DNA of 55,175 bases from an uncultured bacterium (GTDB lineage: Bacteria; Actinomycetota; Actinomycetes; S36-B12), in contig CAINMH010000129.1 in NCBI GenBank assembly GCA_903850745.1, positions 1-55,175 of the forward strand. The letters run 5' to 3'. The first letter of the stretch is position 1. Each line of letters starts with the position of its first letter. The position numbers and the translations under genes were made by a program. Of the stretch, positions 33,670 to 44,576 are shown piece by piece. The notes below the pieces were generated by a model. That model was not told where the DNA came from. It made no database searches and worked only from the letters and a program-made list of their open reading frames with translations.

Positions 33670-34532
33670 TCGCGACCCAGATCGCGATGAACAACAAGGG
33701 ATTCGACACCGTCGATCACCAATCGAGCTGCCAGGTTCTCAGCGATGGCCACGCTTCGATGCTTGCCACCAGTGCAGCCGATCGCGATCGTCACGTATCG
33801 CTTGCCCTCGCGCAGGTAGCCCTCCGCTGCCAGATCAATTAGTCCCGCTGCTCGGTCCAGAAACTCACGGGCAGACGGCGAGTCAACAACGTAATCGTTA
33901 ACTGGACCATCTAGCCCGGTCTGCTTTTGAAGCTCCGGAACCCAGTGCGGATTGGGCAAAAATCGGGCATCGAGAACGACATCAGCGTCGACCGGCAGCC
34001 CGTACTTGAACCCGAAACTCAGCACCGTGGCACGAAGTCTCACATCGGCGTGATCTGCGAATGCTGCCTCAACCTTGCGCCGAAGATCGTGAACATTGAG
34101 CGTGCTGGTGTCGATGACGAGATCGGCAGACTCTCTCACGTCGGCAAGAATCTCGCGCTCGCGCCGAATGCCGTCCACGAGTCGCTCGCCCGCCTGCAAC
34201 GGATGCGGTCTGCGATTGCCCTCAAACCTCTGCACGAGAACAGTGTCGTTGGCCTCAAGGAAGAGGATTCGCAGATCGACCCCACCAGTCTGTCGAAGAT
34301 CGTCCAGACTGGCTCTAAGCGTTTCAAAGAAGCCACCTGCGCGAACATCGACCACAACCGCGAGTCGCGAAATCTCGGCTCCCTGAACAACGGTGCTGAC
34401 CATCTGTTCCAACAGCATCGGCGGCAAGTTGTCGACTACGAACCAGCCCTGATCCTCAAGGGCTCGGGCGGCCGTCGATCGTCCTGCTCCAGACATACCA
34501 GTCACCACGAGGACCTCTAATACGTCAGGCAC
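33666..34532 (-). CDS. rapZ: RNase adapter / P-loop NTPase RapZ (YvcJ)
   Basis: GMSGAGRS, DNLPP, SFGFKYG and GCTGGKHRS motifs. Confidence 0.95.
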   Translation of the reverse strand: MPDVLEVLVVTGMSGAGRSTAARALEDQGWFVVDNLPPMLLEQMVSTVVQGAEISRLAVVVDVRAGGFFETLRASLDDLRQTGGVDLRILFLEANDTVLVQRFEGNRRPHPLQAGERLVDGIRREREILADVRESADLVIDTSTLNVHDLRRKVEAAFADHADVRLRATVLSFGFKYGLPVDADVVLDARFLPNPHWVPELQKQTGLDGPVNDYVVDSPSAREFLDRAAGLIDLAAEGYLREGKRYVTIAIGCTGGKHRSVAIAENLAARLVIDGVESLVVHRDLGRE

Positions 34533-36414
34533 TTTCGCCGTCCTTCACCTCGTCGTTCGCACTGTCTGGACCTATTCTGCCCGTTCCACGGCCCAGCGTG
34601 TCGTGGATCGCGGATGCGGTGACCGGCCCAATCCCAGACACCGACGCGATCTCCTCCACCGAGGCTTCTCGCAAACTCCGGACAGATCCAAAGTGCCGCA
34701 GCAACTCCCGAATCCGGTGCGGACCCAACCCGGGCACCTCTTCCAGTTGGCTCCGCGTGCTTCGCTTGCCGCGCTTGCGGCGTTGGTGGGTGATAGCGAC
34801 CCGGTGGGCCTCGTCACGAAGTCTCTGCAGGAGATAGAGCCCTTGGCTACCCCGCGGGAGGATGAGCGGGTCCGGGGTATTCGCCAGCCACACCTCCTCA
34901 AGTCGCTTCGCCAAGCCGATTACGGTCACACCAGGTACTTCAGCGAGCCGAACTGCGGCCTCAGCGGCCGCGACCTGACTCGGCCCGCCATCAATAACTA
35001 GCAGGGCGGGCGGGTAGGCAAACCTGGATGGACTCCCCTCCTCAGTGGGAGTGGCTCGAAACCTTCGGGTAACAACCTCGGCTATCGATCGAACATCATC
35101 TTGGGCCGCATCATCACTGATGATGAACGAACGGTAGTCCGATCGCTTGGGAGCGCCATCTTCGAAAACCACGAGCGAGCCGACCGCATCTTGACCTGAC
35201 AAATGCGAGATATCGATGCATTCGATTCGAAGCGGAGCTTCTGGCAATTCCAAAGCGTCGCGCAACTCCGCCAAAGCTGCGCTCCTTGTTGTCAGGTCAG
35301 CTGCACGTTTCACCTTGTGCATCACCATCGCCTCTGCGGCGTTACGGGCAACAGTCTCCAAGAGAGTGTGCTTATCCCCGCGTTGCGGCACCTTGATGTG
35401 TACCGGACCGTTTCGTCGGGCAGCCAGCCACGTGGACAGGGCCACCTCGTCAGCGAGTTGACCCTGCACAAGGATCTCGCGCGGCATGTCTTCTTCAACC
35501 GCGTCGCCATACACTTCGCGCAGTACGACAGAAAGCAGCGTTACACCTTCAATGTCTTCGACTTTCTCCATGATGAAACCGCGTTGTCCACGTACGCGCC
35601 CTCCCCGCACGTGGAAGATCTGAACAGCAACCTCCAGCTCATCCTCATCAACTGCGACGAGGTCGGCGTCAGTGTCATCAGGGAGTACCACCGCACTGCG
35701 TTCTGCAACCCGCTCAAGTGCCCCGATGTCATCGCGGAGACGCGCTGCCTTTTCGTATTCTTGGGCGGCCGATGCCACTTTCATTTCGCGCTGTAAACGT
35801 CGAATGTGGGCGCCAGTGTGTCCTGCCAAGTACGAGCAGAAGCCATCCACGATGTCCCGATGCTCTTCCTCGGTCACTCGTCCGACACAGGGGGCCGAAC
35901 ACTTGCCGATGTCACCGAGTAGACACGCGCGGCCAGAAAGTTCCGCTCTGCGGAAGACTCCAGCGCTACAGGTTCGAGCGGGGAAAACACGCAGGAGTTG
36001 CTCTACGGTCTCGCGGATCGCCCAAGCATGAGTGAAGGGTCCGAAGTATCGGGTGCCTGGGCGCTTTGCGCCACGCACAACGAGGATGCGCGGGAATCGC
36101 TCGCCCAGCGTGACAGCCAGATATGGGTACGACTTGTCATCGCGGTAACGCACATTGAATCGCGGGGCATACTCCTTGATCCAGGAGTACTCCAACTGCA
36201 GTGCTTCAACTTCATTGTCGACAGTAACCCAGTCGACGCTGGTCGCTGTCTCGACCATCGTGAATGTACGTGGTGCGAGACCCGTGCCGAAGTAGGAACT
36301 CAAACGCTGGCGAAGGCTAAGAGCCTTGCCGACATAGATAACGCGGTCGGTCTCATCGCGAAACCGATAGACACCGGGCGAATCGGGGATACCAGCCGGC
36401 TTTTTCACCGCCAC
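34525..36414 (-). CDS. uvrC: Excinuclease ABC subunit C
   Basis: GIY-YIG-type PGVY...YVGKA, DKSYPY, DISH, RDEAHR and C-terminal HhH. Confidence 0.97.
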   Translation of the reverse strand: MAVKKPAGIPDSPGVYRFRDETDRVIYVGKALSLRQRLSSYFGTGLAPRTFTMVETATSVDWVTVDNEVEALQLEYSWIKEYAPRFNVRYRDDKSYPYLAVTLGERFPRILVVRGAKRPGTRYFGPFTHAWAIRETVEQLLRVFPARTCSAGVFRRAELSGRACLLGDIGKCSAPCVGRVTEEEHRDIVDGFCSYLAGHTGAHIRRLQREMKVASAAQEYEKAARLRDDIGALERVAERSAVVLPDDTDADLVAVDEDELEVAVQIFHVRGGRVRGQRGFIMEKVEDIEGVTLLSVVLREVYGDAVEEDMPREILVQGQLADEVALSTWLAARRNGPVHIKVPQRGDKHTLLETVARNAAEAMVMHKVKRAADLTTRSAALAELRDALELPEAPLRIECIDISHLSGQDAVGSLVVFEDGAPKRSDYRSFIISDDAAQDDVRSIAEVVTRRFRATPTEEGSPSRFAYPPALLVIDGGPSQVAAAEAAVRLAEVPGVTVIGLAKRLEEVWLANTPDPLILPRGSQGLYLLQRLRDEAHRVAITHQRRKRGKRSTRSQLEEVPGLGPHRIRELLRHFGSVRSLREASVEEIASVSGIGPVTASAIHDTLGRGTGRIGPDSANDEVKDGESA

Positions 36415-36424
36415 GGTGACGGCC

Positions 36425-36844
36425 TCATTCGAGGACGAGAGTTCCGTTCGAGTCCTTCACTGCCATGGGGGCAAGTCCTCGCACAGCCGGGCCTTGCTCG
36501 ACCGCGCCCGTAGTCGCATTGAAAAGCGAGCCGTGGCAGGGGCACAGAATCACATTGTCCGCGACGCTGGAAACTAGGCAACCCTGGTGCGGACAGACCG
36601 CGGAAAAGGCCTTGAACTCTCCCTGCGCGGGCTGCGTGACAACAACCTGGTCTTTCTCATAGACCTTGCCACCGCTGACAGGAACATCAGTGCTGGGGCC
36701 CAGAGTGGTGGGTGTCCCGCCCGACTTCGAGGAGGGCGCTGTCGGGGTCGCACTGCCGGAGCCACTGCCGCAGGCGGCAAGAGCACCAGCTACACCAATG
36801 GCGCCTCCGGCTGCCAGAACGGTACGTCGAGAAGTGTTCGTCAT
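36425..36844 (-). CDS. Tat-exported Rieske [2Fe-2S] lipoprotein
   Basis: SRRTVL twin-arginine signal, LAAC lipobox, CPHQGC...CPCHGS. Confidence 0.9.
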   Translation of the reverse strand: MTNTSRRTVLAAGGAIGVAGALAACGSGSGSATPTAPSSKSGGTPTTLGPSTDVPVSGGKVYEKDQVVVTQPAQGEFKAFSAVCPHQGCLVSSVADNVILCPCHGSLFNATTGAVEQGPAVRGLAPMAVKDSNGTLVLE

Positions 36845-39693
36845 GGGGTTAACTTACGCGATCCGAACATCGGACGCAGGAACTGCCCCGTGTGGCTCCC
36901 CTTAACCTTTGCGATCGCTTCCGGGGTCCCGGTGGCGACGACCTTTCCACCACCAGATCCGCCCTCAGGACCCATGTCGACGACCCAGTCTGCGCACTTC
37001 ACCACATCAAGGTTGTGCTCAATCACCACGACTGTGTTGCCCTTGTCTACTAGCGACTGAAGAACGAGGAGAAGTTTGCGGATGTCCTCAAAATGCAAAC
37101 CAGTTGTGGGCTCGTCCAGGACGTAGATCGTGCGGCCTGTCGAGCGCTTTTGTAGCTCGGAGGCCAACTTGACGCGCTGGGCTTCACCGCCCGACAAAGT
37201 CGGCGCAGGTTGGCCGAGTCGGACATAACCCAGGCCGACCTCAGACAAAGTCTTGAGGTGACGTGCGATGGGTGGAATCGCGGCAAAGAAATCGAGACCC
37301 TCCTCGATCGGCATATCCAAGATCTCCGAGATTGACTTGCCCTTGTAGTGCACTTCCAAAGTCTCACGGTTGTATCTGGCTCCATGGCAGACCTCGCAGG
37401 GGACATACACATCCGGCAGGAAGTTCATCTCAATCCGAAGAGTGCCGTCGCCCGAACATGCCTCGCATCGCCCGCCCTTCACGTTGAAGGAAAATCTTCC
37501 CTGCAAATAGCCGCGAACCTTGGCCTCTTGCGTGTCCGCAAAGAGCTTGCGTACGTGATCGAAGACACCGGTGTAGGTGGCCGGGTTGCTGCGCGGAGTA
37601 CGGCCAATCGGGCTTTGGTCAACATGCACAACCTTGTCGATGTGCTCCAATCCGCGCACACGCTTGTGGCGGCCAGGGACTGTGCGAGCGCCGTTGAGAT
37701 CGCGCGCAAGAACGTTGTACAACACGTCATTGACCAGAGTTGACTTGCCAGAACCACTCACCCCGGTCACAGCGACGAAGCAGCCAAGTGGAATCTCGAC
37801 AGTCACATCTCTGAGGTTGTGCTCCTTGGCCCCCTCCACCACGATTTCGCGCCCTGGTGTGCGCGGTCGACGCACCAAGGGCGCCTCGATGGACTTTCGC
37901 CCGGACACGTAAGCACCCGTGATGGACTTCGGATGAGCCTTGAGATCAGCCAAGGTGCCGCTGACAACGACCTCACCACCGTGTTCACCGGCACCCGGGC
38001 CAATGTCTACGATCCAGTCAGCAGTCGCGATTGTTTCCTCATCGTGCTCGACGACAATCAAAGTATTGCCCATATCGCGCAGTCGTACCAACGTCTGGAT
38101 GAGCCGTCGATTGTCGCGCTGGTGCAGCCCGATGCTCGGCTCATCGAGCACGTACAACACACCAACTAGCCCCGAGCCGATTTGCGTGGCGAGGCGGATT
38201 CGCTGCGCTTCGCCGCCGGCCAACGTCCCGGCGGGGCGATCGAGGGAAAGATAGTGCAACCCGACATCGACCAAGAAGGCCAGCCGCTCATGGACCTCCT
38301 TGAGTACTCGCTCTGCAATTTGCTTGTCCCGCGCCGAAAGCTTGAGGCCACCTAAGAAGGTCGCTGCTTCGCCGATCGGAAGTGCCGCAACGTCAGCGAT
38401 GCTTCGATCTGCGATCGTGACAGCGAGGCTGATGGGCTTGAGGCGCGATCCTTTGCAGGCCTCGCAGGCAATCTCGCGCATGAACCCCTCGAACCGTTCA
38501 CGACTTGCGTCGCTCTCAGATTCGCGATGCCTCCGTGAGACGTACGGGATCACGCCTTCGTATTCGGTCACATACGACCGAGTACGGCCGTAGCGATTCT
38601 TGTAGCGAACCGCAATCTCGGACGCGTGACCATAAAGCAGGGCCTTGCGTGCTTTGAGCGGAACCTTTTGCCACGGCGTGTCGACATCTACGCCCAATTC
38701 GGCGCACATTGCTTCGACTAGGCGACCGAAGTAGTCCGACACGTGGCCGCCGGCCCACGGTGACATTGCACCCTCAGCGATGGTGAGTTCGCCGTCAGGC
38801 ACCACAAGCTCTGGATCAACCTCCATCTTGGTGCCGAGGCCACTGCACTCAGGGCAGGCTCCAAATGGTGAGTTAAAGGAGAACGAGCGTGGCTCGAGCT
38901 CCTCAAAAGACAGGCCACAGTCGGGGCAGGCAAGGTGCTCGCTGAAGATGCGCTCACGATCGGGATCGGACTCTGGCAGATCGACGAAGTCCAACACGAC
39001 AACGCCAGACGCCAAGCGGAGGGCAGTTTCGACAGAATCCGTGAGACGGCGCTTGGCAGAAGTCTTCACTGCCAGACGATCGATCACGACTTCGATCGTG
39101 TGCTTTTCCTGCTTCTTGAGGGTCGGCACTTCCTCAAGGCCATACACGACACCATCGACGCGGGCTCGCGAATAGCCCTGCGACTGCATGGTGCGGAAGA
39201 GATCGGAATATTCGCCCTTGCGCTCGCGCACCACGGGTGCCAGAACCTGGAACTTGGTGCCCTCGGGAAGCTCCATGACGCGGTCGACAATTTGCTGGGG
39301 AGTTTGCCGGGCAATTGCTCGACCGCAATCGGGGCAGTGCGGCTTCCCGATGCGCGCGTAGAGCAGGCGCAGATAGTCGTATACCTCTGTGACAGTGCCC
39401 ACAGTCGATCGCGGGTTGCGGGAGGTGGACTTCTGATCGATCGAGACGGCAGGCGACAGGCCCTCGATGAAGTCGACATCGGGCTTATCCATTTGACCGA
39501 GGAACTGGCGGGCATATGACGACAGGCTCTCGACATAGCGGCGCTGTCCCTCGGCAAAGATCGTGTCGAAGGCCAGCGAAGACTTGCCCGAGCCAGAGAG
39601 ACCCGTGAAGACGATGAGTGCATCGCGGGGCAGGTCCAAGGAAACGTTCTTGAGATTGTGCTCCCGTGCCCCACGGACGATCAGCCGGTCCAT
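36841..39693 (-). CDS. uvrA: Excinuclease ABC subunit A
   Basis: Two ABC domains ([16 protein letters not shown]), Zn fingers, 950 aa; GGAGG SD. Confidence 0.98.
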   Translation of the reverse strand: MDRLIVRGAREHNLKNVSLDLPRDALIVFTGLSGSGKSSLAFDTIFAEGQRRYVESLSSYARQFLGQMDKPDVDFIEGLSPAVSIDQKSTSRNPRSTVGTVTEVYDYLRLLYARIGKPHCPDCGRAIARQTPQQIVDRVMELPEGTKFQVLAPVVRERKGEYSDLFRTMQSQGYSRARVDGVVYGLEEVPTLKKQEKHTIEVVIDRLAVKTSAKRRLTDSVETALRLASGVVVLDFVDLPESDPDRERIFSEHLACPDCGLSFEELEPRSFSFNSPFGACPECSGLGTKMEVDPELVVPDGELTIAEGAMSPWAGGHVSDYFGRLVEAMCAELGVDVDTPWQKVPLKARKALLYGHASEIAVRYKNRYGRTRSYVTEYEGVIPYVSRRHRESESDASRERFEGFMREIACEACKGSRLKPISLAVTIADRSIADVAALPIGEAATFLGGLKLSARDKQIAERVLKEVHERLAFLVDVGLHYLSLDRPAGTLAGGEAQRIRLATQIGSGLVGVLYVLDEPSIGLHQRDNRRLIQTLVRLRDMGNTLIVVEHDEETIATADWIVDIGPGAGEHGGEVVVSGTLADLKAHPKSITGAYVSGRKSIEAPLVRRPRTPGREIVVEGAKEHNLRDVTVEIPLGCFVAVTGVSGSGKSTLVNDVLYNVLARDLNGARTVPGRHKRVRGLEHIDKVVHVDQSPIGRTPRSNPATYTGVFDHVRKLFADTQEAKVRGYLQGRFSFNVKGGRCEACSGDGTLRIEMNFLPDVYVPCEVCHGARYNRETLEVHYKGKSISEILDMPIEEGLDFFAAIPPIARHLKTLSEVGLGYVRLGQPAPTLSGGEAQRVKLASELQKRSTGRTIYVLDEPTTGLHFEDIRKLLLVLQSLVDKGNTVVVIEHNLDVVKCADWVVDMGPEGGSGGGKVVATGTPEAIAKVKGSHTGQFLRPMFGSRKLTP

Positions 39694-39734
39694 ACGCCTC
39701 CGCTCTGGTGTTCTCTCAGGCTAACCTCTCACGC

Positions 39735-40391
39735 ATGACATATTCCGGCGAGGTCACGGTAGGCGGCGCAGCAGCGGTTCGGGAACTTCCGGGCCTGGTG
39801 ATCTCCAAATTGGCCGTTGGTCCCTACAACAACAACTGCTACCTCCTGAGGTGTACCGCGACCGGAGCGCAAGCCCTCGTCGATGCGGCCGCCGAGCCTG
39901 ATCGCCTACTCGCGCTGATTGGACCCACGGGCCTGCAATACGTCATCACGACGCATAGCCACAAAGATCATTGGCAGGCACTGGCCGAGGTCGTCGAAGC
40001 GACGGGAGCGATGACGGTCGCACATGCAATCGATGCCGCCGACATCCCCGTCGAAACAGATATCACCCTCGCTGACGGCGGTCATCTGTCTTTTGGTGCC
40101 ATCGAACTCAAGGCGATTCACCTGATCGGACACACCGAGGGGTCTATCGCCCTGCTGTACGACGATCCCGACGGTCCCCCGCATCTGTTCACCGGAGATT
40201 GTCTCTTCCCCGGCGGAGTGGGAAACACTAAGGATGACCCGGCGCGGTTCGAGTCGTTGCTCAATGGTGTGACCGAAAAGCTCTTCGACCGACTACCCGA
40301 TGAAACGTGGATTTATCCCGGCCACGGGGGCGACACAATCCTCGGATTAGAACGACCGCACCTGAGTGAGTGGCGATCTCGCGGCTGGTAG
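39735..40391 (+). CDS. MBL-fold metallo-hydrolase (glyoxalase II-like)
   Basis: THSHKDH, GHT, TGD and PGHG motifs. Start ATG 39735. Confidence 0.9.
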   Translation: MTYSGEVTVGGAAAVRELPGLVISKLAVGPYNNNCYLLRCTATGAQALVDAAAEPDRLLALIGPTGLQYVITTHSHKDHWQALAEVVEATGAMTVAHAIDAADIPVETDITLADGGHLSFGAIELKAIHLIGHTEGSIALLYDDPDGPPHLFTGDCLFPGGVGNTKDDPARFESLLNGVTEKLFDRLPDETWIYPGHGGDTILGLERPHLSEWRSRGW

Positions 40392-40392
40392 A

Positions 40393-40905
40393 TCAGCGCG
40401 AATGAACGGTGGACACGCGCTGGACGATGACCTGCCCGTTGCCGACCGCGACCTGGCGTGGGATCGGATTCCCGGAATCACTCGCGCCGCAGCGGATAGC
40501 GATAGAACCCGGTGCTGTTGTGGTGAAAGCCGCTGAAATGCTCAAAGGCAAATAGCCACCGGACGGGAATCGAAACATCGGACCCCCCACCTCGACCAAA
40601 CCGCGATCAGCTACAACTGCACAGCGCACGTCCGCACTCGGGCCCGTCACATCGGTCGTGTCGACGCGTGCCGTGAAACTGACGACGTAAGACCCAGCCG
40701 AGAATGGGCCGATAACAACAACCTTGTTCACAGCGTCCATCGATCGGAGAGGAACTAGGCCACTATTCTTCACGTAGGCACCCAACCCGCGAACCGGCGA
40801 CTTGCCGGAGGTCGTTGCACTGGCCGGAGCGGTCAATGCGGCCACGCCCAAGCCGGTCACAAGTGCACCAGCGAGACACGTGCGGAAAACACTACTGCGC
40901 TTCAT
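40393..40905 (-). CDS. Secreted beta-rich hypothetical protein
   Basis: Sec signal ending APASA. GAGGAGG SD and TAATCT -10 (40934-40939, minus strand). Confidence 0.75.
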   Translation of the reverse strand: MKRSSVFRTCLAGALVTGLGVAALTAPASATTSGKSPVRGLGAYVKNSGLVPLRSMDAVNKVVVIGPFSAGSYVVSFTARVDTTDVTGPSADVRCAVVADRGLVEVGGPMFRFPSGGYLPLSISAAFTTTAPGSIAIRCGASDSGNPIPRQVAVGNGQVIVQRVSTVHSR

Positions 40906-40955
40906 GGGGCCTCCTCAGGCTCTCGTTGGCGCTAGATTACCAAGAAACCTGCCGA

Positions 40956-41927
40956 TTACTCCGCGTTGTCGATATCCATCGCCAGAGCTGGATTCCGCTT
41001 CACCGCAATGAGGCTTGCTGACGCCGTAATCGTGAGGGTGCCCACGATGACGACGAGCGATAGCCACGTAGGCACCTGCCACAGGCCAGTGTTGAAGGTC
41101 GCATTGATCGCTTCTAAAAGCATCTTCACACCGATGAAGAGCAGGATCAAGGCCAGACCCCTATTGAGGTAGATCAGCTTGCTGATTAGTCCGCGCAGCA
41201 GGAAATACAACTGACGCAGGCCCATGAGCGCGAATGCATTTGCGGCGAAGACGATGTAGGCCTCCTGCGTGAGACCAAAGACCGCAGGAATGGAATCGAC
41301 GGCAAAGAGCAAGTCGGTGGTGCCGATGGCGATCATGACCAGCACCATCGGGGTGTAGGTGCGCTGGCCTTCAATCTTGATCATGAGATGCGTGCCGTGG
41401 TAGTTACGTGTCATCGGCACGTGCCTACTGATCCACCGCACTAAGGCATTGCCGTCAGGATCTGGCGTCGCGTCATGAGAGCGCCAGACCTTCCATGCGG
41501 TGAAGATAAGGAACCCGGAGAAGAGGAAGAACGTGACGGCAAAGCGATGTAACGCCTCTGCGCCGATCACGATAAGAGCCGCTCGAAGGATTAGGGCGAT
41601 CACAACTCCCACGAGGAGTACACGATGTTGAAGTTCCTTCGGTACTTGGAAGGACGCCATCAACACCATAAAGACAAATAGGTTGTCGACACTCAGGGAA
41701 TACTCAGTCAGGTAGCCCGCGACGAATTGACCGGCGTAGGTTCCGCCCGCCCAGAAAAACAGGAATACGGCGAAGAGGGTGGCTAAGACGACATAGAAAA
41801 TCACCCAGCGCGCTGCATCTTTGCTGGTGAATTCACGAGGACGTCGATCAACAACGATGAGGTCGACGACAATGACCGCGCACAGGCCAACGACCGTCGC
41901 AATCCATAACCACGCCGGCACAATCAT
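40956..41927 (-). CDS. TerC/Alx family membrane protein
   Basis: [23 protein letters not shown] and [11 protein letters not shown] motifs. Confidence 0.93.
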   Translation of the reverse strand: MIVPAWLWIATVVGLCAVIVVDLIVVDRRPREFTSKDAARWVIFYVVLATLFAVFLFFWAGGTYAGQFVAGYLTEYSLSVDNLFVFMVLMASFQVPKELQHRVLLVGVVIALILRAALIVIGAEALHRFAVTFFLFSGFLIFTAWKVWRSHDATPDPDGNALVRWISRHVPMTRNYHGTHLMIKIEGQRTYTPMVLVMIAIGTTDLLFAVDSIPAVFGLTQEAYIVFAANAFALMGLRQLYFLLRGLISKLIYLNRGLALILLFIGVKMLLEAINATFNTGLWQVPTWLSLVVIVGTLTITASASLIAVKRNPALAMDIDNAE

Positions 41928-43987
41928 GCGTGCCCCGCTTCGCGCATCTGACGCAGTTCGCGCTTAAGATCCGAGACCTCATCACGCAAACGAGCTGCGA
42001 GTTCAAACTGAAGCTCACCGGCTGCCCCATGCATTTGTGCAGTGAGCTCAGTGATCAGCATTTCGAGATCAGCCGCGGCTGCCTCACCCTTGGTCCGCAA
42101 TTTACGTGGCTCAAAAGCCGCAGCACCCAGTAGCGCCTGAGTGTCGGCATCTTCACGTGCAAGCAATTCGGTGATATCCGCAATCTTCTTGCGCAACGGC
42201 TGAGGATCCAAGCCTCGTTCGGTGTTGTAGGCAACCTGCTTTTCCCTACGACGTGTCGTCTCGTCGATAGCGCGCTGCATCGAGTCGGTGATTTTGTCTG
42301 CGTACATGTGCACCTGGCCGCTGACATTGCGGGCCGCGCGGCCGATGGTCTGAATGAGGGAAGTCTCGGATCTAAGGAATCCCTCCTTGTCTGCGTCCAG
42401 AATGGCCACAAGCGACACCTCAGGGAGGTCAAGACCCTCACGCAGGAGGTTGATGCCTACGAGCACGTCGTACTCCCCCATACGCAATTCGCGGAGGAGT
42501 TCGACTCGTCTGAGGGTGTCTACCTCAGAGTGCAGATAGCGAACTCGGACGCCCTTGTCGAGAAAATAGTCAGTGAGGTCCTCTGCCATCCGTTTGGTCA
42601 AGGTGGTCACCAGCACGCGCTCGCGTGCGGTTTCTCTCAGCCGGATCTCCGCGAGTAGATCGTCGATCTGCCCCTTTGTGGGCTTCACCACGATCTGGGG
42701 GTCCACTAGTCCGGTGGGCCGAATAACTTGTTCCACAACATCGCCTTGCACCTTGGTGAGTTCGTATGACCCCGGTGTCGCAGATAGGTAGATGGTCTGG
42801 CCCACCCGCTCCTCAAACTCCTTAAACCGCAGCGGCCGGTTATCCATGGCACTCGGTAGGCGGAATCCGTGCTCCACCAAGGTGCGCTTGCGGCTCATAT
42901 CCCCTTCGTACATTCCACCGATTTGGGGTACAGACACATGCGACTCGTCAATGACCAGCAGGAAGTCTTCGGGAAAGTAATCCAGCAGACAGTTCGGCGG
43001 CGTGCCCACAGCGCGGCCGTCGATTTGTCTCGAGTAGTTCTCGATGCCCGAACAGGATCCGATTTGACGCATCATCTCGATATCGAACGTGGTGCGCATA
43101 CGTAGCCGTTGGGCCTCAAGGAGTTTGCCCTGTGTCTCCATCTCGGCAAGGCGAGCTTCAAGCTCTTGCTCGATCTCGCCAATGGCCCGATTCATGCGCT
43201 CGGGTCCAGCCACATAGTGCGTGGCCGGAAAGACGTAAAGCTCAGGTTCATCACTGAGAATCTCCCCAGTGAGCGGATGCAACGTCATGAGGCGTTCAAT
43301 GTCATCCCCGAAAAACTCAATGCGTACCGGGTTCAGTTCGTAGACAGGGAAAATCTCCACAGTGTCACCACGCACACGGAACGTGCCACGAGTGAAAGCA
43401 ATGTCATTGCGGGTGTATTGAATATCGACGAACATGCGGAGGAGCGAGTCGCGGTCAGTCTCCTGGCCCACTCGAAGTCGTACCATGCGGTCGACATATT
43501 CCTGCGGGGTGCCCAGACCATAAATCGCAGACACTGTGGCCACCACGATGACGTCACGACGAGTCAGGAGCGAGTTGGTGGCCGAGTGCCGCAGACGCTC
43601 GACCTCCTCATTGATGGATGAGTCTTTTTCAATGTAGGTATCGGTTTGCGGGACGTAGGCCTCTGGCTGGTAATAGTCGTAATAGGAGACGAAGTACTCC
43701 ACTGCATTATTCGGGAGCAACTCACGAAACTCTTGCGCAAGCTGAGCAGCGAGGGTCTTGTTTGGGGCCATGACGAGAGTGGGCCTCTGCAGTTGCTCCA
43801 CTACCCACGCTGTTGTCGCGCTCTTCCCAGTGCCGGTGGCACCCAACAGCACAATGTCTTTCTCCCCAGCCCGAATTCGCCGACAGATATCAGCGATGGC
43901 AGTGGGCTGGTCTCCAGCTGGGACAAAGTCCGAAATGACCTCAAAGGGTGCAACCCGCCGCTCTAGGTCGGTCACGGGTCGCGTCAT
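41924..43987 (-). CDS. uvrB: Excinuclease ABC subunit B
   Basis: [22 protein letters not shown] and QTIGRAARN motifs. Confidence 0.98.
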   Translation of the reverse strand: MTRPVTDLERRVAPFEVISDFVPAGDQPTAIADICRRIRAGEKDIVLLGATGTGKSATTAWVVEQLQRPTLVMAPNKTLAAQLAQEFRELLPNNAVEYFVSYYDYYQPEAYVPQTDTYIEKDSSINEEVERLRHSATNSLLTRRDVIVVATVSAIYGLGTPQEYVDRMVRLRVGQETDRDSLLRMFVDIQYTRNDIAFTRGTFRVRGDTVEIFPVYELNPVRIEFFGDDIERLMTLHPLTGEILSDEPELYVFPATHYVAGPERMNRAIGEIEQELEARLAEMETQGKLLEAQRLRMRTTFDIEMMRQIGSCSGIENYSRQIDGRAVGTPPNCLLDYFPEDFLLVIDESHVSVPQIGGMYEGDMSRKRTLVEHGFRLPSAMDNRPLRFKEFEERVGQTIYLSATPGSYELTKVQGDVVEQVIRPTGLVDPQIVVKPTKGQIDDLLAEIRLRETARERVLVTTLTKRMAEDLTDYFLDKGVRVRYLHSEVDTLRRVELLRELRMGEYDVLVGINLLREGLDLPEVSLVAILDADKEGFLRSETSLIQTIGRAARNVSGQVHMYADKITDSMQRAIDETTRRREKQVAYNTERGLDPQPLRKKIADITELLAREDADTQALLGAAAFEPRKLRTKGEAAAADLEMLITELTAQMHGAAGELQFELAARLRDEVSDLKRELRQMREAGHA

Positions 43988-43988
43988 G

Positions 43989-44576
43989 TCATGAGCCTAC
44001 GACGAGACGTTCCCATAGCGAGTCCACCGCAGCAGCCAGTTGGTCGGGCCCCGCGCTGTTGTCGACGACTACGTCTGCCAGCGCGAGCCGCGACTCTCGA
44101 TCCGCCTGTGCAGCCATGCGGCTACGGGCATCGGCTTCGGTGAGCCCACGACCCACCAGGCGCTCCACTCGAACCTCGTCGGGAGCATCCACCACAACCA
44201 CCAAGTCCCACTCCCTCACTCGGCTTGATTCGGCTAAGAGCGGAATCTCGTAGACCACCACGGCATCTTCGGGTGCTGCGGCCAATAACGCCGAAGACCG
44301 CTGAGCGATGAGTGGATGTGTGATGGCATTGAGTTGGGCCAGAGCCTGCGAATCCGAGAAGACAATGGCCGCTAATGCACCACGATCCAAAGATCCGTCT
44401 GAAGAAAGAACCCCTTCGCCGAACGTCTCGCGCACGGCCGCCAGACCGGGTGTTCCCGGTGCGACAACTTCGCGCGCGAGCACATCAGCATCGATGACTA
44501 CAGCCCCATGAAGGGCCAGCAGGCGAGCTACCTCGCTCTTTCCTGACCCAATTCCGCCGGTAAGGGCGACTTTCAG
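43989..44576 (-). CDS. coaE: Dephospho-CoA kinase; apparent CTG start
   Basis: The frame extends 5' of the tracked ORF: (L)[34 protein letters not shown], with LDRGALA, THP and EIPLL motifs. Confidence 0.9.
   Translation of the reverse strand: MKVALTGGIGSGKSEVARLLALHGAVVIDADVLAREVVAPGTPGLAAVRETFGEGVLSSDGSLDRGALAAIVFSDSQALAQLNAITHPLIAQRSSALLAAAPEDAVVVYEIPLLAESSRVREWDLVVVVDAPDEVRVERLVGRGLTEADARSRMAAQADRESRLALADVVVDNSAGPDQLAAAVDSLWERLVVGS

Noticed and set aside
39700-39740. LexA box (GAACACCAGAGC) or PafBC-type TGTC...TANNNT motif upstream of uvrA
   Set aside because: The right half-site does not match GTTC, and the TGTCA-to-TA spacing is 12 nt versus the 11 I recall for the consensus.
41924-41990. 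yybP-ykoY Mn riboswitch ahead of the TerC/Alx gene
   Set aside because: The gene overlaps the uvrB stop (ATGA), so there is no leader space.
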